From: Gemmatimonadales bacterium
Lineage (GTDB): Bacteria > Gemmatimonadota > Gemmatimonadetes > Gemmatimonadales > GWC2-71-9
NCBI GenBank assembly: GCA_036555485.1
Contig: DATBLG010000005.1
Location: forward strand, 902 to 64,901
Length of the DNA: 64,000 bases
Reading direction: 5' to 3'
Shown here: one piece after another, positions 27,283 through 35,133 of the stretch
Numbering within the stretch: position 1 is the stretch's first letter
How the letters are laid out: the number at the start of each line of letters is the position of its first letter
Translations under genes and position numbers: made by a program
The notes under the pieces: model-generated
Seen by the model: only the letters and a program-made list of their open reading frames with translations
Database searches by the model: none
Told to the model about the DNA's origin: nothing

Positions 27283-27692
27283 CCCGCCTCCCCCAGTTTC
27301 AAGAGCCGCTTCCACTGGGCAGCCGTCGCCGGGACAACCGAGAGTCGCGGCATGCGGACGAGCGCCAACGCGGCAAACGCCGGATCGCCCTTGATGGTGG
27401 CGAGCGTCACGGGTGTGTCCAGGCGCGGTCCTGCCTTGAGGTGCACCACGACCAGCTTCGGGTCCGTCTTCTTCGGATCGGGATACGCCGCCCTGGTCAC
27501 GCGGGCGCGTCCCACCACGCATTTGTCGCCGCCGGTATGGTAGATCATTACCTCGTCGCCCGGCCGCATGGCGCGAAGGTGCTTCAGCGCGAGCGGGTTC
27601 TTGACCCCATCCCAGACCGCTGACCCTTCGCGGACGAGGTCGTCGAAGCTGTAGGTGGAGGGCTCGGTCTTGAGAATCCAGAAGCTGGTCAT
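27279..27692 (-). CDS. EVE (PUA-like) domain protein
   Basis: The ATG at 27692 gives MTSFWILKTEPSTYSFDDL...WDGVKNPLALKHLRAMRPGDEVMIYHTG, which is typical of EVE domains. The product is 137 aa. Confidence 0.8.
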   Translation of the reverse strand: MTSFWILKTEPSTYSFDDLVREGSAVWDGVKNPLALKHLRAMRPGDEVMIYHTGGDKCVVGRARVTRAAYPDPKKTDPKLVVVHLKAGPRLDTPVTLATIKGDPAFAALALVRMPRLSVVPATAAQWKRLLKLGEAG

Positions 27693-27702
27693 CGCAATCT
27701 CC

Positions 27703-28380
27703 TCACTGGTCCAGACTGGTCGCCCACGCGACGATACCGTCGGCCAGCTCCGCCCGCACGTCCTCCGCGGTCCGCCCCGAGCTTTTCCGAACGTTGAATG
27801 AGTGGTCCCCACCCTTCACGACGTGCAACAGCGCGAGCTTGCCGAGCGGCTGGAGGACCTGCCGGAGCAGGATCAGCTCGGCAAACTCGTCCCGATCCCC
27901 CTGGAGGAACAGCATCGGAATCCGCACCCCCGCGAGATGGTCGGCCCGAGTGACGCCGGGTTTTCCTGGTGGATGGAGCGGAAACCCGAGGAACGCGAGG
28001 CCAACGACTCCCGGCAGGGGCTCCTGGGACTGCGCTGTGGATGTCATGCGCCCGCCAAAAGATTTCCCACCAGCGATGAGGGGCAGCCCCGGTGCAGCGC
28101 GGGCGGCGGCCGTTACGGCCGCGCGCACACCGGCGCATGCGATCGCCGGTGGGTCTGGACGGCGCTGCTGCTTCTCCATGTAGAGGAACTGATAGCGCAG
28201 GGTCGCCACACCCCGCTCGGCGAGTCCCACGCTAATCTGCTCGAGAAACGGGTGCCGCATGCCCGCGCCAGCGCCGTGCGCGAGGACGTACAGCACCCGG
28301 GCGTCGGCGGGCAACACGAGCAACCCCGACACGTCGCCGATGTCACCCACGGGGAATCGGAGCTCCTTCGACTGCGACAT
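27703..28380 (-). CDS. Alpha/beta-fold hydrolase (COG3571 / KANL3-Tex30-like)
   Basis: 225 aa with a nucleophile elbow (GGKSFGG) and a dienelactone-hydrolase-like layout. Confidence 0.75.
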   Translation of the reverse strand: MSQSKELRFPVGDIGDVSGLLVLPADARVLYVLAHGAGAGMRHPFLEQISVGLAERGVATLRYQFLYMEKQQRRPDPPAIACAGVRAAVTAAARAAPGLPLIAGGKSFGGRMTSTAQSQEPLPGVVGLAFLGFPLHPPGKPGVTRADHLAGVRIPMLFLQGDRDEFAELILLRQVLQPLGKLALLHVVKGGDHSFNVRKSSGRTAEDVRAELADGIVAWATSLDQ

Positions 28381-28413
28381 CAGTCGTCAGTCATCAGTCG
28401 CCAGCCGTCAGCA
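28379..28413. repeat. Single-arm heptamer array (5 x RYCAGYM) filling the ligD-to-hydrolase spacer
   Basis: atcagtc gtcagtc atcagtc gccagcc gtcagca. It occupies essentially the whole gap between the ligD stop (28416-28418) and the hydrolase ATG (28378-28380). Confidence 0.7.
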
Positions 28414-28415
28414 TC

Positions 28416-30953
28416 TCAAAGACGGGCATGGAGACGCTCCAGCGCACTCATCAAGTCCGGCTTCTCGTCCATGATCCCGATCAACGGGTCCTGCTTCAGT
28501 TTTTTCATGCGCTCGGGGACGTTGCGAATCGTGAACGCGCGAATGTCGAGCTTGGGCGTCACTTCCCGCCAGGTGATGGGTGTCGACACGGGGGCCCCCG
28601 GCAAGGGACGCACGCTGAACGGTGCCACGAGCAGGCGTCCGTGGCCGTTCTGGACGTAGTCGAGGTAGACCTTGCCGCCCCGCTTCTGCACCTGCCGCGT
28701 GACGGTAGCGATCTCCGGCAGCTCGGCCGCGACGACGCGCGCCAGGAGGCCGCCCAGCGTACGGGATTGCTCGTAGGTGATTTGGCGTCCCAACGGGATC
28801 AGCAAGTGCAGGCCCGTAGAGCCGCTCGTCTTGATACCGGCGGGCAACCCGATGTCGTCGCACAACGCCTTCGCCGTGTTGGCCACGGTCACCACGTCGG
28901 TGAACGGCGCCCCCTTCGGGTCGAGGTCGAGAATGCACCAGTCCGGCGTTTCGAGGGTCGCGACGCGGGAGGACCACACGTGCAACAGGATCGCCGCCAT
29001 GTTCGCGATGTAGAGCAGCGAGGATTGGTTGTCGCAGACGAAGTAGTCCAGCTCGCGCTGGGAGTCCTCGCTCCAGATCGTGACGGTCCTGACGAAGGCC
29101 TGCGCGTATTCGGGGGCGTCCTTCTGGAAGAACGATTTGCCGTTGATCCCGTCGGGATAGCGCGTGAGCACCAGCGGGCGGTCGGTGAGGTAGGGCAGCA
29201 TCCAGGCCGACACGGCGCGGTAGTATTCGATCAGATCGCCCTTAGTGTAGCGCTCCTCAGGCCAGAAGATCTTGTCGAGGTTTGAGAACTTGATGTCGGT
29301 CGCAGCGGGGAGTGGCTCGCTCCAGCGCGACGGTAAATCGGGCTCGGGGGCGTCGCGGCCCCCTTCCCCCTTCCCTTTGCCCTCGATTACGCACTCTTCC
29401 GGCTTTTTGTCGTCTCGAAACCGGAGAAACACCGGTTGACGCAGCAACCCGTCTCCGGTGATTTCCTTGTACCGCACCTCCGCAACGAGCTCCGGAGCCA
29501 CCCAGCGGCTGTCGGCTTCGGCCGGCACCGGGCCGGCGAACGGCGGCTTCGCCACCGCGAGGCGCTCGAGCTCCGCTGAGATTTCCGTCAGCTGCTTTGC
29601 ATTGAACCCGCTCCCCGCCCGACCGATGTACACGAGCGATCCGTCCTGGTACGCCGCCAGGTGCAGGGCGCCGAACCCGCCGCGCGATCCCTTGGGCGCG
29701 GTGTAGCCCGCCACCACGAAGTCACCCGTCTTGTCGGCGCGGACCTTGAGCCAGAGCTCGGAGCGCCCGGTCTTGTAGGGGCTGTCCGCTTTCTTGGCGA
29801 CGATTCCCTCGAGGCCGAGTCCCACCGCCCGGTCATAGAGCATCTCGCCGTCTTTCTCGAAGTGCTCGGAGTACCGCAGCGGGCCCGCTTCCGGCAGGAC
29901 CTTCCTCAGGATTGCTTTGCGTTTCACGAGCGGCAGCGGCCGCAGGTCGAACCCTTCGAGCGCCACGAGATCGAACAGATACATGGTGCCGGGGTTCTCG
30001 ACCGCGGCGTGGCGGATGTCCGGCGCGCGGGAGACCCGCGCCCGGTTCTGCAGCCGCTGGAAGCTCGGGCGCCCCTGCTCGTCCAGGATCACGAGCTCAC
30101 CGTCCATCACGAGTCCGTCGTAGGGCAGCGCCTTCACCGCGCGGGCCAGCTCCGGGAACGCCGCGGTGTAGTCGTTCCCATTGCGCGTGATGAGCCGTGC
30201 GGCTCCGGCTTCGCGCGCCACGCGCATGCGGTACCCGTCGAGCTTCACCTCGAACACCCAACCGGCGCGCGAGAACGGCTGCTCGCGCGTCTCCGCGAGC
30301 ATCGGCGGCACGTCCTCGGCGCGGAGCGGGCGCCGCGGCGCGCCAAGTTTCTTGAGTTCGGACCGGAGCTTCGCTGCCTTGTCGGCCCCGTCGCGCAGCT
30401 CTTCGACCGTGAGCCCCGAGAGCACGGACCCCGGCGGGAACTCGGCGCCGTTGGTCGAGACGTAGCCGTCGCGCTCCTTGATCAGGAGCCACTCCTTCAC
30501 GCCCTTCTTGAGCTTCACGAGGGTCCAAACGCCGCGCACCTTGTAGCCCCGCAGCTCGAACAGGAGCTTGCCTTTCCGCATGCCCTCCACCGGGTCCTCG
30601 AGGGGCACCCACAAGCCGCGGTCCCAGACAATGACCGCCCCGGCGCCGTAGTTCCCCTCTGGAATGATCCCCTCGAAATCGCCGTATTCGATCGGGTGGT
30701 CCTCGACATGGACGGCCAGCCGCTTGTCGGCAGGGTTGCGTGACGGGCCCTTGGGCACCGCCCACGACTTCAGCACGCCGTCCATTTCCAGGCGCAGGTC
30801 GAAGTGGAGGCGGGTCGCGGCGTGCTGGTGTATGATGAAGCGACGCCCTGGCGCCGCCGCGACGCTGCCCGATGGCTCGGGAGTGCGATCGGCGGAGCGC
30901 TTGGCGCGGTAAGTACTTAGCGCATCGTTGGTTGGATTACGATTTGCGCTCAC
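28416..30953 (-). CDS. ligD: Multidomain NHEJ DNA ligase D (phosphoesterase, ATP-dependent ligase, polymerase/primase)
   Basis: 845 aa. It has the PE domain (FIIHQHAATRLHFDLRLE), the ligase KxDG motif (EVKLDGYR) and the Pol domain (LDLDP, IKTSGSTGLHLLIPL). Confidence 0.9.
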   Translation of the reverse strand: MSANRNPTNDALSTYRAKRSADRTPEPSGSVAAAPGRRFIIHQHAATRLHFDLRLEMDGVLKSWAVPKGPSRNPADKRLAVHVEDHPIEYGDFEGIIPEGNYGAGAVIVWDRGLWVPLEDPVEGMRKGKLLFELRGYKVRGVWTLVKLKKGVKEWLLIKERDGYVSTNGAEFPPGSVLSGLTVEELRDGADKAAKLRSELKKLGAPRRPLRAEDVPPMLAETREQPFSRAGWVFEVKLDGYRMRVAREAGAARLITRNGNDYTAAFPELARAVKALPYDGLVMDGELVILDEQGRPSFQRLQNRARVSRAPDIRHAAVENPGTMYLFDLVALEGFDLRPLPLVKRKAILRKVLPEAGPLRYSEHFEKDGEMLYDRAVGLGLEGIVAKKADSPYKTGRSELWLKVRADKTGDFVVAGYTAPKGSRGGFGALHLAAYQDGSLVYIGRAGSGFNAKQLTEISAELERLAVAKPPFAGPVPAEADSRWVAPELVAEVRYKEITGDGLLRQPVFLRFRDDKKPEECVIEGKGKGEGGRDAPEPDLPSRWSEPLPAATDIKFSNLDKIFWPEERYTKGDLIEYYRAVSAWMLPYLTDRPLVLTRYPDGINGKSFFQKDAPEYAQAFVRTVTIWSEDSQRELDYFVCDNQSSLLYIANMAAILLHVWSSRVATLETPDWCILDLDPKGAPFTDVVTVANTAKALCDDIGLPAGIKTSGSTGLHLLIPLGRQITYEQSRTLGGLLARVVAAELPEIATVTRQVQKRGGKVYLDYVQNGHGRLLVAPFSVRPLPGAPVSTPITWREVTPKLDIRAFTIRNVPERMKKLKQDPLIGIMDEKPDLMSALERLHARL

Positions 30954-30981
30954 ATGTCACCATTCGTATAGTAGGTCCCCC

Positions 30982-31866
30982 ATGGCCGCTCATGCAATTG
31001 GCTCCGCCACGATCTCCTTCGGGCTCGTCTCCGTCCCGATCAAGATGTACTCGGCCGGCGAATCGTCGGCCGCGATCTCGTTCAACTGGCTCCACAAGAA
31101 GGACGGCGCCCGGTTGAAACAGCAGTACATCTGCTCCAAGGACGGCGAGAAAGTCGAAAACGACGACCGGATCAAGGGCTACGAGTTTTCCAAGGGCTCG
31201 TACGTGCTGTTTACCGTGGACGAGCTGAAAAAGCTGCAGATGGACGACAAGTCCAGTAACTCGATGAACATCACCGAGTTCGTGGACGCGGACACGGTGG
31301 ACCGGATGTACATGGACCGGGCGTATTTCCTCGGGCCGGACAAAGGCGGCGAGCGCGCGTTTGGGCTGCTGGGCGAGGCGCTGAAGAAGACCGGCAAAGT
31401 GGCGATCGGCCAGTGGGCGGCGCGCGGCAAACAGTATCTCATCATGATTCGGCCGCTCAGTCATGGCCTCGTGATGGAGCAGCTGCGATACGCGGATGAG
31501 GTCCGCTCCATTGACGACGTGCCGATCGACAAGATGGATTTGAAGAAGACCGAGATCGATCTGGCGGTGCAGCTCATTCAACAGCAGGCGGGGGGACAGT
31601 TCGAGCCGGAGAAGTACGAAGACGAAGTCAAGAAGCGGATCCTGGAGCAGATCGAGCGCAAGGTGCAGGGCAAGGAGATCACCGAAGAACCGACCGAGGC
31701 GCCCAAGACGCAGATCATCGACCTGATGGAGGCGCTCAAGGCGAGCCTCGCCAAGGGCAAAGGATCGGCCGGCGCTGAGCGCAAGCCCGCCAAACGGGCC
31801 GATCGCGACGCCGAGCCGAAGGCCGCGAAGGTCAAGCCGATGAAGCGGAAGGCCGCCAGCGCCTAA
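30982..31866 (+). CDS. ku: Ku protein (NHEJ DNA end-binding)
   Basis: The ATG at 30982 gives MAAHAIGSATISFGLVSVPIKMYSA, with a basic Lys-rich tail. It is divergent from ligD. Confidence 0.9.
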   Translation: MAAHAIGSATISFGLVSVPIKMYSAGESSAAISFNWLHKKDGARLKQQYICSKDGEKVENDDRIKGYEFSKGSYVLFTVDELKKLQMDDKSSNSMNITEFVDADTVDRMYMDRAYFLGPDKGGERAFGLLGEALKKTGKVAIGQWAARGKQYLIMIRPLSHGLVMEQLRYADEVRSIDDVPIDKMDLKKTEIDLAVQLIQQQAGGQFEPEKYEDEVKKRILEQIERKVQGKEITEEPTEAPKTQIIDLMEALKASLAKGKGSAGAERKPAKRADRDAEPKAAKVKPMKRKAASA

Positions 31867-31870
31867 CGCG

Positions 31871-32704
31871 ATGACGGGCTACACCACCGAGGAGGTGTCG
31901 CGGCTCCTCGGCCTCTCGCCCGCGCAGATCCGTTCCTACACACGAGCCGGATTCCTATCCCCCGCGCGCAGCCGCCGCGGGGACTTGCGTTTTACGTTCC
32001 AGGACCTCGTGCTGTTGCGGGCGGCGAAGGGATTGATGGCCGCGCGCATTCCCGCGGCGAAGATCCGTGGCTCACTGCGACGGTTGAAGCAGCAGCTGCC
32101 GCGGGGACGCGCTCTCTCCGAGCTGCGGATCACGGCGGAGGGCCACCGCATCGTGGCGCGAGACGGCGCCGTCACGTGGCATCCCGACTCAGGACAGCTG
32201 GTGCTGGATTTCAACGTAGCGTCGCTGGCTCAGCGGGCGGCCCCGCTCGCCCGGCGCCAGGCCGCCGCGGCCCGGCAGGTCGAGGACGAGCTCGACGCGG
32301 AACAATGGTTCGAGCTCGGGTTGGAGCTGGAGGTGAGCGCGCCCGATGAAGCGCGCGATGCCTATCGCCGGGCGCTCGAGCTCGACCCACACCACGCGGA
32401 CGCGCACGTCAATCTCGGCCGGCTGCTGCTCGAGACGGGCCGCGCAGGCGACGCGGAGGCGCACTATCGCGCGGTGCTCGGCGACGACCCTGGACACCCC
32501 ACGGCCTGGTTCAACCTGGGCATCGCCCTGGAAGACCAGCGCCGGCCCCAGGACGCGATCAAAGCGTACGAGCAGGCGATCGTCGCCGACCGGCGACTGG
32601 CGGATGCCTATTTCAACCTGGCGCGACTGTACGAGCAGGCGGGTAAGCGGGCCGCCGCGCTGCGCAATCTCTCCAAGTATCGATTGCTGACCGAAGGGCG
32701 CTAA
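31871..32704 (+). CDS. MerR-type HTH protein fused to TPR repeats
   Basis: 277 aa. The N-terminus YTTEEVSRLLGLSPAQIRSYTRAGFL...FTFQDLVLL is MerR-like, and the C-terminus has at least 3 TPR units. It starts 4 nt after the ku stop. Confidence 0.75.
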   Translation: MTGYTTEEVSRLLGLSPAQIRSYTRAGFLSPARSRRGDLRFTFQDLVLLRAAKGLMAARIPAAKIRGSLRRLKQQLPRGRALSELRITAEGHRIVARDGAVTWHPDSGQLVLDFNVASLAQRAAPLARRQAAAARQVEDELDAEQWFELGLELEVSAPDEARDAYRRALELDPHHADAHVNLGRLLLETGRAGDAEAHYRAVLGDDPGHPTAWFNLGIALEDQRRPQDAIKAYEQAIVADRRLADAYFNLARLYEQAGKRAAALRNLSKYRLLTEGR

Positions 32705-32761
32705 CTCAATCTGAGGCTCAGTCCCAGAAGATGTGACATGGTGCGCGAATCGGCGTCCGCC

Positions 32762-33472
32762 CTAGAACAGCGCGCGGAACTCTTCTGCGAGCTTCGGGCC
32801 CTCTCCCGACTCCTCGTGTTTGAAGAACACGAAGGCGTCCTTCCACTCCTTGCCGAGCGTGTTCACCGACTCCGCCCACTGTTCGAGCTGCGGCTTCGCA
32901 TAGCCCTCATCACGCAGCCGGAAGTACCCGAAATCCGCCGTGGCGACGAGCGGCGTGTGCCCGGCGTCGGTATCAGCCACGCACAGCGCCGCATTGCCAG
33001 TGCGCAACGCGTCGTAGACGTCGTCGGCGAACCAGGAGTCGTGGCGAAATTCCCATGCACAGCGCAGATCGGCGGGAAACAACGTGAGCACATCCTTCAG
33101 CCGGGCCAGGTCCTTCTTGAAATTGGGCGGTAGCTGAAACAGGATGGGCCCGAGCTTGTCGCCCAGCGGTCGAACGGTCTCGGTGAAATAGCGCAGCGGG
33201 TCGTCCACGTCTCGCAGCCGGCCGATGTGGGTGATGCGCTGCGACGCCTTGAGGACGAACGTGAACCCCGCGGGGACGGCCTGGCTCCAGCCGGACACCG
33301 TCTTGGCGTTGGGCATGCGATAGAACGTGTAGTTGATTTCCACCGCGGAGAAGTGTTCGGCGTAGTACGGCAGCATCTTGGCGGCAGGGAGTTTCACAGG
33401 ATAAAACGTGCCCTTCCACTCCGGGAAGTTGTAGCCCGACGTGCCGACGTGAAGCCGCATCGGGAGGAGCAT
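32762..33472 (-). CDS. DUF72 (UPF0759) family protein
   Basis: Matches the DUF72 pattern (LHVGTSGYNFPEWKGTFYP, EINYTFYRMP). The start is 33472 or 33460. The longer track ORF to 33634 has an implausible N-terminus. Confidence 0.8.
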   Translation of the reverse strand: MLLPMRLHVGTSGYNFPEWKGTFYPVKLPAAKMLPYYAEHFSAVEINYTFYRMPNAKTVSGWSQAVPAGFTFVLKASQRITHIGRLRDVDDPLRYFTETVRPLGDKLGPILFQLPPNFKKDLARLKDVLTLFPADLRCAWEFRHDSWFADDVYDALRTGNAALCVADTDAGHTPLVATADFGYFRLRDEGYAKPQLEQWAESVNTLGKEWKDAFVFFKHEESGEGPKLAEEFRALF

Positions 33473-33575
33473 CGCGCGACCGACCGGCGACCGCAACCCC
33501 TCACCGGTTCGCCGTGGAGCCGCTATGTTCGGGTCGCGTCGGTCCGGTTCCACCTCTCGTACTCGGAGTCCGTCC

Positions 33576-33953
33576 ATGTTGAAGCCGTTGGGCATCATTC
33601 TCGTAATCGTTACGGCGCTCGCCGCTCCCGTCACGCTTCCGGCTCAGAACCTCCCCGCCGGCACGTGGACCGGCACCATGAGCCCGCCGACAGACGCCGC
33701 GGTGCCGGTGACGTTCGAAGTCTCCGGCAGTGGCGATTCGCTGGCCATATCAATGGTGCTCCCCACCGGCCAACGCGCGCCGTTCAACGAACTCCGGTTG
33801 GCCGACGGCAAGCTGCTGTTCCAATGGGCCGCCGGTCCCACGATCGTCAAATGCGATCTGGCCAAGCAGGAGAGCGGCGGGTTCAAGGGCCCGTGCACCG
33901 ACTCGGAAGGAATGACGGGCCAAATCGAGATGGTGCCCCCAACCAAGCCGTAG
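33576..33953 (+). CDS. Small exported hypothetical protein
   Basis: The ATG at 33576 gives a signal peptide (MLKPLGIILVIVTALAAPVTLPAQ). The product is 125 aa with two Cys. It ends 28 nt upstream of the peroxiredoxin gene. Confidence 0.6.
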   Translation: MLKPLGIILVIVTALAAPVTLPAQNLPAGTWTGTMSPPTDAAVPVTFEVSGSGDSLAISMVLPTGQRAPFNELRLADGKLLFQWAAGPTIVKCDLAKQESGGFKGPCTDSEGMTGQIEMVPPTKP

Positions 33954-33981
33954 CGCGGCATATATTGCGGAACAACCCCAG

Positions 33982-34584
33982 ATGAGGCTCGCATCGATGC
34001 GCCCTTCTGAACTGATTCCCCTCGGCCTCCTCCTGCTCGCCGCCCCGGTCGCGGCGCAGCAACCGACGGCCACACCCGCCCCTGCCCCGGAGCCGCTGCA
34101 GGTCGGGACCGTCGCGCCGGATTTCACCCTCACGGGCGCCACCCGGTACGGCGTCATTCGGGACCCGATCCACCTGAGCGATTTCAAGGGGAAAACCGTC
34201 GTGCTCGCCTTCTTCTTCAAGGCGCGAACACGAGGGTGAACGGTTCAAATGAACGCGTACCGTGATCAGTACGCGCAGCTCTTCAAGAACGGCCGCAACA
34301 TCGTGCTCGTCGCCATCAGTGCCGACCCCGACACCGCGCTGTACTCCTGGGCGCGGGATGCCGAGTTCCCGTTCCTGTTTGCCAGCGACACCGGGTCGGT
34401 AGTGGGCCGGATGTACGGGGCATTCTCGAGTCGCGCCTCACTGAACAACCGCAACCTGTTCGTGGTGGGACCCGACGGGAAGATCGCGTATCGCGCGACG
34501 CCGTTTCGGGAGATTGATCCCACAGCGTACGAAGAACTGGGGCAAGCGATCCAACGGCTCGCCCCCATAGAGCCGGGGAATTGA
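33982..34584 (+). CDS. Exported Bcp/PrxQ-type peroxiredoxin with an in-frame TGA at the peroxidatic Cys position (candidate selenoprotein; alternatively a pseudogene)
   Basis: Track ORFs 33982..34239 and 34249..34584 are in the same frame and separated only by the TGA at 34237-34239 plus 3 sense codons. The joined sequence reads ...GKTVVLAFFFKARTRG[TGA]TVQMNAYRD.... This aligns with the E. coli Bcp active site (as I recall it) FYPKAMTPGCTVQACGLRD. The downstream part also keeps Prx features (ISAD, NRNLFVVGPDGKI). Confidence 0.6.
34254..34275 (+). promoter_or_regulatory. Candidate bacterial SECIS hairpin
   Basis: cgcgtac (34254-34260) pairs with gtacgcg (34269-34275) around the loop cgtgatca, which contains GU. 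The stem starts 15 nt after the UGA. It can be extended by tgaa (34250-34253) pairing with ttca (34282-34285). Confidence 0.35.
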
Positions 34585-34591
34585 CCGAATA

Positions 34592-34617
34592 GGTGCGTGG
34601 TGGGTGGTGCGTGGTCC
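34592..34617. repeat. Heptamer array GGTGNGT x3-4 in the convergent intergenic spacer
   Basis: ggtgcgt ggtgggt ggtgcgt ggtcc lies between the peroxiredoxin stop (34582-34584) and the tlpA stop (34618-34620). It has partial complementarity to gccacccgccgcacc at 34625-34639. Confidence 0.5.
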
Positions 34618-35133
34618 TTATCGCGCCACCCGCCGCACCGCCGCCTCGATATCCTGATCCGCACCGAGGCCGGTATAGGCGACTTTCCCGGCGCTATCCA
34701 GCACCACCACGTAGCTCGTCGATGGAGCCTGGAAGGCGCGTACCGCCCGACCATTGCCATCCCACAGGATCCGAAACGGCATTGGGTGCCGCGCCAGGTG
34801 ACGCTTGATGCCTGCCTGACTCTGGTTCACCGCCACGGCGACCACGACGAACTCCACCTGGTCCCCAAAGCGCGCGTGCGCGGCTGCCATGCGAGGGAAC
34901 AACGCCGCGCACAGCGGGCACCACGTGGCCCAGAACTCGATCAGCACCGGCTTCTTCCCGATGATCTGACCGAGGGCCACCGGGCGACCGTCCAGGTCCT
35001 CGATCGTCACCGCCTCAGGTCTTGTGCCGATGGCGATGCCGATCGCATCGTCCTGCGCGACCACATGACCCGGTGTACCGAGCGCGACCGCCAGTACGAA
35101 GCACACCACGCACGCCACACCCCGCACCATCAT
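34618..35133 (-). CDS. TlpA/ResA-like periplasmic thiol:disulfide oxidoreductase
   Basis: The ATG at 35133 forms an ATGA overlap with the ccdA stop. It has a signal/anchor (MMVRGVACVVCFVLAVAL) and the thioredoxin motif FWATWCPLC. The product is 171 aa. Confidence 0.85.
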   Translation of the reverse strand: MMVRGVACVVCFVLAVALGTPGHVVAQDDAIGIAIGTRPEAVTIEDLDGRPVALGQIIGKKPVLIEFWATWCPLCAALFPRMAAAHARFGDQVEFVVVAVAVNQSQAGIKRHLARHPMPFRILWDGNGRAVRAFQAPSTSYVVVLDSAGKVAYTGLGADQDIEAAVRRVAR

